From IMG/VR virus record IMGVR_UViG_3300032093_000017: a stretch of 64,000 nt of DNA; one strand, written 5' to 3'. A model generated the notes under the pieces. The model made no database searches and had not been told where the DNA came from. It saw only the letters and a list, made by a program, of their open reading frames with translations. Below are positions 56,651 through 64,000 of this stretch, piece by piece; positions within the stretch are counted from its first letter, which is position 1; each line of letters starts with the position of its first letter. A program made the translations under genes and the position numbers. The DNA is from a virus.

Positions 56651-56908
56651 ATGGAAAATATAAAAATTAGATGTCGTTCTTGTGGAAAAGAATTGGAGGG
56701 GCATCCAATAAAAACTATAACTTGTGGTTGTCCAAATATGGCAACTATTCGTGGTGGAGTCATTACAGCATTAGATTTATCTAATATAGTAATGCTGAAT
56801 TTTTTTCACACCAAAGAAAAAAATAATGTATTGACAAATGAAGACATTGCTTGGCAAGAAGCACGTCGTCAAAGGAAAGTAGGACGATTGGATTTTGAAG
56901 TTCGTTGA
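56651..56908 (+). CDS. small Zn-ribbon hypothetical protein
   Basis: CRSC...CGCPN; late promoter at 56606. Confidence 0.7.
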   Translation: MENIKIRCRSCGKELEGHPIKTITCGCPNMATIRGGVITALDLSNIVMLNFFHTKEKNNVLTNEDIAWQEARRQRKVGRLDFEVR

Positions 56909-56917
56909 TATAAGTTT

Positions 56918-56933
56918 TGTAAAGTACTTTACA
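56918..56933. promoter_or_regulatory. perfect NtcA-type box
   Basis: TGTA-AAGTACTT-TACA, a perfect 16 bp palindrome matching GTA-N8-TAC; TTGACA at 56968. Confidence 0.6.
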
Positions 56934-57022
56934 TTTTTTTAATGTCTGTTTGGTAATCAACACAAACTTGACAACCATAATGTGCTGATTATTATAACTA
57001 ATAATATTCAACTTAAAACCCT

Positions 57023-57172
57023 ATGGATCAGCACACCTATGATAATTGGGTGAAGATTAAGGCAACTTTTGAATCTTCTGGCAATACTGACAATATGTTC
57101 TACAAGAGGGCAGTTGAAATTGTAAAGACCAGAAGAGACCCTCTGGCAAAGTTTCTTGGTGATGAAAAATGA
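57023..57172 (+). CDS. small conserved cyanobacterial/cyanophage protein; not in ORF track
   Basis: 49 aa MDQHTYDNWVKIKATFESSGNTDNMFYKRAVEIVKTRRDPL... Confidence 0.7.
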   Translation: MDQHTYDNWVKIKATFESSGNTDNMFYKRAVEIVKTRRDPLAKFLGDEK

Positions 57173-57372
57173 TGTATGAGCAAGAAGAGTTTATTACACG
57201 CACAGAAGTTCAGGAGATGATCGATGCTTCTATACGAAGACACAACCGTAATGCTTCTATCATTAGTATGTGCGTCGGTTGGGTGGTTCTTGCTCTATTT
57301 GCTGAGGGACTTTTAAGGTTGATTGGTGTTATTCCACCATTACTTCCATTTCTTAAAATTACTCTAAACTAA
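57169..57372 (+). CDS. small membrane protein
   Basis: IRRHNRNASIISMCVGWVVLALFAEGLLRL hydrophobic segment. Confidence 0.7.
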   Translation: MMYEQEEFITRTEVQEMIDASIRRHNRNASIISMCVGWVVLALFAEGLLRLIGVIPPLLPFLKITLN

Positions 57373-57381
57373 TCTTTTTAT

Positions 57382-57486
57382 ATGGAAAAAGAAAATATGA
57401 GTAGCACAATATTTTCAGCAATGATTATTTTTGGTATAATCGGACTATTCATTGTTTGGGCACTCAATCACGCATATCCACAATGA
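57382..57486 (+). CDS. NdhQ-like single-helix membrane peptide; not in ORF track
   Basis: (MEKEN)[29 protein letters not shown]; SA..I.G.I...I.WAL..AY pattern as recalled for NdhQ. Confidence 0.6.
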   Translation: MEKENMSSTIFSAMIIFGIIGLFIVWALNHAYPQ

Positions 57487-57605
57487 TTTTTCATATTGTA
57501 GAAGCACTTGCAGATAGTCCAATATGGTTAGGACTTTGTGGAGCAGGTTTGACTATTGCTCCGATTATTGGTATAATGATAATTCACAGATCACCTAAAA
57601 AGTAA
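57483..57605 (+). CDS. small membrane protein; not in ORF track
   Basis: 40 aa [40 protein letters not shown]; ATGA overlap. Confidence 0.6.
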   Translation: MIFHIVEALADSPIWLGLCGAGLTIAPIIGIMIIHRSPKK

Positions 57606-57615
57606 TATTTTTTTC

Positions 57616-58617
57616 ATGAAAATAGCATTAATCACTGGCATTACTGGGCAGGATGGTTCTTATCTTGCTGAATTACTTTTAGGAAAAGGATATGAAGTTC
57701 ATGGTATTATTAGGAGGTCTTCTCTTATTAATACTTATAGAATTGATCATATTTACAATCACATTAAATTGCATTATGGAGACCTCACAGACTCAACAAA
57801 TCTTGTAAGGGTGATTCAGCAAGTTCAACCAGATGAGATTTATAATCTAGGTGCTCAGAGTCATGTGAAGGTTTCTTTTGAGATGCCTGAATATACAGGA
57901 CAAACAGATGCATTGGGGACTCTTCGTATTCTTGAAGCAGTTCGTTTGCTTGGGATGGAGGATAAAGTTCGTATCTATCAAGCATCTACATCTGAGATGT
58001 TTGGATTGGTTCAAGAAATACCACAAAAAGAAACAACACCATTCTATCCTCGTTCTCCCTATGGGTGTGCTAAAGTTTATGGGTATTGGATTACTAAAAA
58101 TTATCGTGAAGCATATGGAATGTATGCTTGCACGGGGATTCTTTTTAATCATGAATCTCCTCGCAGGGGTGAGACATTTGTTACAAGAAAAGTTGTAAGA
58201 GCATTATCTAAAATTTCTGTCGGACTTCAAGATTGTTTATATCTTGGTAATTTAAATGCTAAAAGAGATTGGGGACATGCAAAAGATTTTGTGGAAGCAA
58301 TGTGGTTAATGCTTCAGCAAGATAACCCTGATGATTATGTAATTGCAACAGGGAAACAATATTCAGTTAAAGAATTTGTAAATGCTGCCGGTCCTTATTT
58401 TGGTCTTCATATTGAATGGAAAGGTGAGGGGTTGGATGAAGTTGGAGTTGAAAAGTTTAGTGGAAAACCAATCATTCGTGTTGATTCTAAATATTTTAGA
58501 CCGACTGAAGTAGAGACTTTATTGGGTGATGCTACAAAAGCAAAGGAAAAATTAGGTTGGGAACCTCAAATTTCATTTGAGCAATTAGTTGAGGATATGT
58601 GTATTCATGGACAATAA
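57616..58617 (+). CDS. gmd: GDP-mannose 4,6-dehydratase
   Basis: [48 protein letters not shown]. Confidence 0.98.
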   Translation: MKIALITGITGQDGSYLAELLLGKGYEVHGIIRRSSLINTYRIDHIYNHIKLHYGDLTDSTNLVRVIQQVQPDEIYNLGAQSHVKVSFEMPEYTGQTDALGTLRILEAVRLLGMEDKVRIYQASTSEMFGLVQEIPQKETTPFYPRSPYGCAKVYGYWITKNYREAYGMYACTGILFNHESPRRGETFVTRKVVRALSKISVGLQDCLYLGNLNAKRDWGHAKDFVEAMWLMLQQDNPDDYVIATGKQYSVKEFVNAAGPYFGLHIEWKGEGLDEVGVEKFSGKPIIRVDSKYFRPTEVETLLGDATKAKEKLGWEPQISFEQLVEDMCIHGQ

Positions 58618-59569
58618 TTCTAAAATATTGGTTGCTGGTGCCAACGGAATGGTTGGATCGGCAATTGTTAGAAATCTTGAAAGTAAAGGTTATACTAACA
58701 TCATCAAAGGAACTCGTGATGATGTAGATTTCACGAATCAAGATGAAACCGAAAGGTATTTTTGCTCAGAAGAACCTGAATACGTGTTTGTTGCTGCTGC
58801 TAAAGTTGGCGGTATTATGGCAAACAACAACTATAAGGCAGACTTTCTGACTGAGAATATCCAAATACAAACTAATCTTATTCAGCAGTCTTATAACTTT
58901 GGTGTAAAGAAACTGTTGTTTCTTGGTTCATCTTGCATTTATCCTAAGTTTGCAACTCAACCAATTGCAGAAGACCAATTGATGACTGGTCCTCTGGAAC
59001 CGACGAATGATTCCTATTCAATTGCCAAGATTGCTGGTATTATGATGTGTCAAGCATACCGTCAACAGCACGGTTTTAATGCTATCTCTCTGATGCCTAC
59101 CAATCTTTATGGACCTAATGACAATTTCAATCTGGAAACTTCACACGTTCTTCCTGCAATGATTGCTAAGTTTCATAAGGCAAAGGAAGATGGGTATGTA
59201 ATTGATTATGGTGGTCCTTGGTATGGACCATCCGTAAAACTCTGGGGTGATGGTTCTGCAATGAGAGAGTTTCTGCACGTTGATGATTTAGCAGAGGCAT
59301 GTTATGTCTGTATGCAGAGTTATGATGAATTAGAGCATATTAATGTTGGTACTGGTGAAGATGTTAGAATATGGGAACTTGCAAATATTATTTCGGATGT
59401 AGTTGGTTTTCCTGGAGAGATTTCTTGGGACTTCACTAAACCAAATGGAACTCCACGTAAAGTTCTTAATGTGGATAAGATTAAATCACTTGGATGGAAA
59501 CCTAAGATTGGTCTTCGTGATGGTATTGAAAAAACTTACGAATGGTATAAAAATTATGCACAATCATAA
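58607..59569 (+). CDS. fcl: GDP-L-fucose synthase
   Basis: [43 protein letters not shown]. Confidence 0.97.
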   Translation: MDNNSKILVAGANGMVGSAIVRNLESKGYTNIIKGTRDDVDFTNQDETERYFCSEEPEYVFVAAAKVGGIMANNNYKADFLTENIQIQTNLIQQSYNFGVKKLLFLGSSCIYPKFATQPIAEDQLMTGPLEPTNDSYSIAKIAGIMMCQAYRQQHGFNAISLMPTNLYGPNDNFNLETSHVLPAMIAKFHKAKEDGYVIDYGGPWYGPSVKLWGDGSAMREFLHVDDLAEACYVCMQSYDELEHINVGTGEDVRIWELANIISDVVGFPGEISWDFTKPNGTPRKVLNVDKIKSLGWKPKIGLRDGIEKTYEWYKNYAQS

Positions 59570-60356
59570 TTTTCCAACGATTTATTGTGCGAGTCTAAAA
59601 GAAAGCAAAGATCGTCAAGAAAATATAAAAAGACAATTTTTAGAAAATAATATTCAATCATTTCAATTTCTTTTATCAGATAGATTTGAAAATACAAATG
59701 ATATAATTGAAGGTTCTAAAGTATTTTATATTGATGATGGAACAAAGGGAGCAATAACTTCACATCTTAGAATGATAAATTATTGGTATAATAATACTAA
59801 TGAACCTTATGGTTTCTTTTGTGAAGATGATCTGAGTTTAGAAACTATTCAATATTGGAATTTTACTTGGGAAGAATTTATTGAAAATCTACCAAAAGAT
59901 TGGGATTCGATTCAATTAATGTGTGCAAGTGAAAATTCTGATGATATTAGATTGAGAAGAAGAACTTGGGATGATTTTTCTGTTGGTGCTTATATTGTCA
60001 CAAGAAAGTTTGCAAAAGTTTTAATTGATTCTTTCATAAAAGAAGATAAATTTCTTTTGGAATTTCCAAATAATAATGATTGGGTTCCTTTAGCAGAGCA
60101 TTTAATTTATTACTCACCAAAAAGTGTTGTAGATAGTCAAAACTTGCAATATAATGTTTATGTTCTTCCTTTATTCGTAGAAGAAATAAAATTTACTACT
60201 ACTTTTTTTGAAAGAAAATCAAAATATTGGGGAGAAGATACTGGACTATATAAAGAAACACATAAAGGTCATCATATTGATTCTTATCATAAAGTTTTAA
60301 ATTGGTGGAAAAATGTGGGAAAAAATTTATCTTTGAATGAAATATTAAATAAATGA
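59556..60356 (+). CDS. glycosyltransferase family 25-like
   Basis: IYCASL..S.DR, G...SH, CEDD, LPKDWD.IQL, GAYIV. Confidence 0.8.
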   Translation: MHNHNFPTIYCASLKESKDRQENIKRQFLENNIQSFQFLLSDRFENTNDIIEGSKVFYIDDGTKGAITSHLRMINYWYNNTNEPYGFFCEDDLSLETIQYWNFTWEEFIENLPKDWDSIQLMCASENSDDIRLRRRTWDDFSVGAYIVTRKFAKVLIDSFIKEDKFLLEFPNNNDWVPLAEHLIYYSPKSVVDSQNLQYNVYVLPLFVEEIKFTTTFFERKSKYWGEDTGLYKETHKGHHIDSYHKVLNWWKNVGKNLSLNEILNK

Positions 60357-61018
60357 AATTTTTAACATTCTTGAATAGTGGATGCATAAACATTTGCAAA
60401 AATATGTTAATTTCTGCAGAAAGAGTAGGAATTGATGTAAATGATTTTTATATTGCTTGTTTAGATAGTAATGCATATGAAAATCTAAATGAATATAAAA
60501 ATGCTTTTCTTTATGTTGATCAACCAGTAGTTGAATATCAAAATTGGACTTTTGATGAAAATAGTGGGTTTAGAAATATTGTAAAAAATAAATGGAGCAT
60601 TATTCAAAAAATTTATCAAGAACATAAAAATTTATGTTGGGTTGATACTGATATTGTATTTGTTGAAAATCCAATTGAATATATTTCAGGACACGAGGAA
60701 GTTCTTTTTCAGGGGGATTCTCCTGGGTCTACTTTGTGTTCTGGATTTATGGTTTTCAATGAAAGTAAAGAATGTAAACAGATGATAAACGATTGTGCTT
60801 CTTCTGAGGGGCAGGACGATCAATTAATTATTAATGATGTAGCAATTAATAAATATCCAGAAAATATTGCTATCCTAAATCGTGACTTGTTTCCAAATGG
60901 GTATGCATATTATACTGAAGGAAAAAAAGAAAATGCACTCATAGTTCATAATAATTGGATGGTTGGTGTAGATACTAAAATTGAAAAGTTTAAGGAGGAA
61001 AATTTATGGTACTTATGA
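60353..61018 (+). CDS. nucleotide-diphospho-sugar transferase (GT77-like)
   Basis: WVDTDIVF..NP, CSGF, DDQ, LFPNG, VHNNW..G..K. Confidence 0.8.
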   Translation: MKFLTFLNSGCINICKNMLISAERVGIDVNDFYIACLDSNAYENLNEYKNAFLYVDQPVVEYQNWTFDENSGFRNIVKNKWSIIQKIYQEHKNLCWVDTDIVFVENPIEYISGHEEVLFQGDSPGSTLCSGFMVFNESKECKQMINDCASSEGQDDQLIINDVAINKYPENIAILNRDLFPNGYAYYTEGKKENALIVHNNWMVGVDTKIEKFKEENLWYL

Positions 61019-61869
61019 AAAATGATGCATTAAGACCTGCATCAATATCTCCCACATATCCTCCTTATCATACTGGAGAATATCTTGAAGAATATTTCTT
61101 TAAGAGGTGGAACAAAGAAAATATTCAATCAAATAGAGAATATATTGATGTCTTCTGGACGAATAATTTTTGCAATTCAATGTTTGCAGGTCAACAGTAT
61201 GAAAATATTCAAGAAGAGTTAGATGATGCATTAGATTCGGATGGAAAATATTTTACAGTATCTCAATTTGACGATGGGCCTTTTGAAAAATTTCCAAAAG
61301 ATACTTTAATTTTTTCTGCTGGTGGGAATCGTGAAGGAGATAATATTATCCCAATTCCTTTGATTTGTAGTCCAATTCCAAAAGAATGGATTCCAAATAA
61401 AGAAAAAACCATTTTTGCTTCTTTTGTTGGTTCTAGAAATACGCATCCCATTCGTATGGATATGTGTAATCATTTATCAGGAAAGGATGGGTATAAAATT
61501 TCTGCTGGAAATTGGTCTACTGAAGTCCCTATAGACAACTTTAAACGGTTTCTAGACATAACCTGCTCTAGTAAATTTGGACTTGCTCCAAGGGGATATG
61601 GAAAGAGTAGTTTCAGATTATATGAAATTCTTCAATTGGGTACTGTTCCTGTTTACATTTCTAACGAACACTATATTCCTTGGATGGATGAATTAGATTG
61701 GAATGATTTTTGTGTTCCTGTAAATGAAGATGAAATTGAAGACATTGATACTATATTAAAATCAATAGATGATGTAGAGTACAATAGACTTCTTGAGAAT
61801 GGTAGAAAGGTTTATCAGGAGCATTTTTCTCTTGAAGGGGTATTTAAAAATATTATAAAAAGATTATGA
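61015..61869 (+). CDS. exostosin (GT47)-like glycosyltransferase
   Basis: FVGS..THPIR, SKFGLAPRGYG..SFRLYE..GTVPVYIS. Confidence 0.8.
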   Translation: MKNDALRPASISPTYPPYHTGEYLEEYFFKRWNKENIQSNREYIDVFWTNNFCNSMFAGQQYENIQEELDDALDSDGKYFTVSQFDDGPFEKFPKDTLIFSAGGNREGDNIIPIPLICSPIPKEWIPNKEKTIFASFVGSRNTHPIRMDMCNHLSGKDGYKISAGNWSTEVPIDNFKRFLDITCSSKFGLAPRGYGKSSFRLYEILQLGTVPVYISNEHYIPWMDELDWNDFCVPVNEDEIEDIDTILKSIDDVEYNRLLENGRKVYQEHFSLEGVFKNIIKRL

Positions 61870-62777
61870 ATATAGCATTATTATCTGATTATTCCATAGA
61901 AGAATATAAAAAATGTGGAAAAGAAAAATATTGGTCAACACCTAGAGGAATATATGATGCTTTTCTAAAAGACGAAAGAATATCTGAAATAAGATGGTAT
62001 CCATTACCTAGAGGGAATGAGTTTGGATTTATTGAATTGAAAAAACAATATGATGATGGGGAATTTGTTCCTGATATTATTTTTTATATGTCTTGTGGAC
62101 CTGCTAATGCGGATAAATTTTTTAATAAAGAAAATTTCCCAAAAAGTAAATTGGTTGTGGAATGTGGAGATGAACCTCAAACTTTTTCTTACAATGTAGA
62201 GAGAACTAAAAATGCGGATTTAATACTTACTCCCGATGTTGAGTGTTATTTGCATTATAAATCAATCGGTTATGACGTAATATTTACTTCACATTGGACT
62301 GATATGAATATTTTTTATTCATCTTTTACCACATATGAACCATTTGATGTTGTAACTTCTATGTATGGTGAAAGGGGTGAAGTTGTTAGTTATCTCCAAG
62401 AAAATCTTGGATCTTCTTTTTATCTTAAAAATAATTTAAAAGATATTGAAAATGGAGATCTTTATAGAAATGGAAAAATAGTTTTCCAAAAAGCAAGAGC
62501 TGGTGAAGTCACTCGACGTATTTTTGAAGGAATGTCTTGTAAAAAAATGGTAATAACAGATAGACTTGATAAAAATAAACAACTTGAAAATATTTTTGTT
62601 GAGAATGAAGAAATTATATTTTATTCTTCCAAAGAGGAAGCACTTGAAAAGATACAATTTTATTTAAATAATGATGATGAAAGAAATCGTATAGCAGAAA
62701 ATGGATATAAAAAAGTAATAGATTGCTTTACTACAAAAAATATTGTAGAATATGTTTTAACCGGAAAAGATGAATGA
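61866..62777 (+). CDS. GT-B glycosyltransferase (CgeB/Glyco_trans_1_2-like)
   Basis: RRIFEGMSC...ITD...EIIFY...YL..DDER.RIAENG. Confidence 0.8.
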   Translation: MNIALLSDYSIEEYKKCGKEKYWSTPRGIYDAFLKDERISEIRWYPLPRGNEFGFIELKKQYDDGEFVPDIIFYMSCGPANADKFFNKENFPKSKLVVECGDEPQTFSYNVERTKNADLILTPDVECYLHYKSIGYDVIFTSHWTDMNIFYSSFTTYEPFDVVTSMYGERGEVVSYLQENLGSSFYLKNNLKDIENGDLYRNGKIVFQKARAGEVTRRIFEGMSCKKMVITDRLDKNKQLENIFVENEEIIFYSSKEEALEKIQFYLNNDDERNRIAENGYKKVIDCFTTKNIVEYVLTGKDE

Positions 62778-63529
62778 AAAAAATACTATTAGTTTTTGCT
62801 GACTATAATGACAATCGGCAAGAGTTTTTTGATAAGTATATGTCTCCAAGAAATCAAGAATATGCAGACAAGCATGGATTTGAGTATCTTGAGTTAAAAG
62901 AAAATTTATACAAGTATCGTGGAAGTTATACCTGGTTAAAATTTACTGTTCTTGAGCAAATGCTTGATGAAGGATACATCAAAGATGGGGATATTATAAC
63001 ACACCTTGATGCTGATATGTGCGTTGCAAAAATAGATATTCCATATGAGACAACAAAATCCTTTTCATATTCTATTGATTCTGGAAATACCCATTGTATG
63101 GGATCTTTTTCTATTAAAATTAATGAATGGTCTAGACAATTAATTTCAAATGTTCTTTCTGAAGATAGATATAGATCACTTAATGATGCTGTTACCAAAC
63201 ATGAAAGATTTGGATATGTAAATAGTTTTTGGCACGAGTTTAGAGAGCAGGCATCTTGGTATTCTTTAGCAGGAATTAAAAGACATTCTGATGAACCATT
63301 TTGGAATTTACCTGATTTTGGATGGCATTCATCAAAAGATGAATGGACGGTTTATTCTTTAGAAGAACTTTATGAACACGTTGAAGTTCTTCCAACTGCT
63401 TGGAATGTTACTGAACTTGAGGGGGAATCCTCTTGTGAATTTTTAATAAATAAGGTGTCAAAAGGAGATGTAATTATTCGTCATTTTGCTGGTGGACAAC
63501 AATGGAGAAAGGAGTGGTTTGAACAATGA
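62774..63529 (+). CDS. GT34 (GMA12/MNN10)-like glycosyltransferase
   Basis: YADKHGF, W.K, HLDAD, EQ, WN, IRHFAG. Confidence 0.7.
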   Translation: MKKILLVFADYNDNRQEFFDKYMSPRNQEYADKHGFEYLELKENLYKYRGSYTWLKFTVLEQMLDEGYIKDGDIITHLDADMCVAKIDIPYETTKSFSYSIDSGNTHCMGSFSIKINEWSRQLISNVLSEDRYRSLNDAVTKHERFGYVNSFWHEFREQASWYSLAGIKRHSDEPFWNLPDFGWHSSKDEWTVYSLEELYEHVEVLPTAWNVTELEGESSCEFLINKVSKGDVIIRHFAGGQQWRKEWFEQ

Positions 63530-64000
63530 AAAAGTATTTTTTGGATTGTGGAACGAATTTAGCACAAGGTTTGATAAAATTTATAGATGATGGAATTATA
63601 GATAGTACTTTTGAAATTCATTGTTTTGAACCAAATCCTTATGCAATTGAATTTTCAAAAAACAGATTGTTGAATAGTAAGTATAAAAATCATTCTATTA
63701 TTTTTAATGAGGTTGCTTTATGGACTGAAGAATGTAGTAAAGTTTTAACATTGGAATCATTTGATGGTGAATATTTTTGCCAACAAACAGGTAATCTTTT
63801 GGGATATGATTTAAAATCTGGTGGTGCAACTAATATTATGGGTGATGAATGGAGCAAACCTGGATGGATTGAGGATAACTGGATTGATAAAAGTTTGGAA
63901 GTTAAATGTATTGATTTTTCAGAATATTTAAAAAAAACTGTCAATGAAAATGATTATGTCATATGTAAAATGGACATTGAAGGTGCCGAATATGATGTTC
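63526..64000 (+). CDS. FkbM-family SAM methyltransferase (runs off the window)
   Basis: FLDCGTN..QG, HCFEPNP, KMDIEGAEYDV. Confidence 0.85.
   Translation, partial: MKKYFLDCGTNLAQGLIKFIDDGIIDSTFEIHCFEPNPYAIEFSKNRLLNSKYKNHSIIFNEVALWTEECSKVLTLESFDGEYFCQQTGNLLGYDLKSGGATNIMGDEWSKPGWIEDNWIDKSLEVKCIDFSEYLKKTVNENDYVICKMDIEGAEYDV

Noticed and set aside
510-63944. Numerous minus-strand and alternative-frame ORFs in the track (e.g. 3387-3938, 28547-29149, 34677-35213, 55649-56185)
   Set aside because: They are shadows of well-supported plus-strand genes, without RBS or recognisable motifs
1-64000. tRNA, rRNA, CRISPR arrays, integrase, psbA/hli genes
   Set aside because: None recognised by eye in this window; tRNAscan-SE and Infernal would be needed to exclude them formally

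Overview
This window is a 64 kb, AT-rich, almost entirely plus-strand segment of a T4-like cyanomyovirus (Kyanoviridae type, probably infecting freshwater Synechococcus/Cyanobium). Family names below come from recalled motifs and synteny, not database searches. It carries the neck/terminase/tail/head module (g13-g23, g3) and the recombination and replication core (uvsY, uvsW, g55, g47, g46, g45, g44, g62, regA, hsp20, g43, uvsX, g41, mazG, g61, nrdA, nrdB). It also has several modular putative internal-head polyproteins, a tail-lysozyme gene, a host-type SLH porin, a cluster of tiny membrane proteins and the start of a GDP-fucose/glycosyltransferase island. Highlights: (1) nrdA is fractured by a naturally split intein at the catalytic cysteine, with a free-standing GIY-YIG endonuclease between the halves whose leader is a hairpin with a late promoter in the loop. 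(2) The same hairpin architecture precedes an orphan PD-(D/E)xK-like ORF. (3) Tandem glutamine-riboswitch-like aptamers precede a DUF4278-type gene, and a 50-codon ORF is nested inside the second aptamer; NtcA-type boxes also occur, suggesting a phage nitrogen-sensing module. (4) There are small NdhQ-like and NblA-like proteins. (5) An antisense sigma70 promoter overlaps the g55 promoter. No tRNA, rRNA or CRISPR array was recognised.
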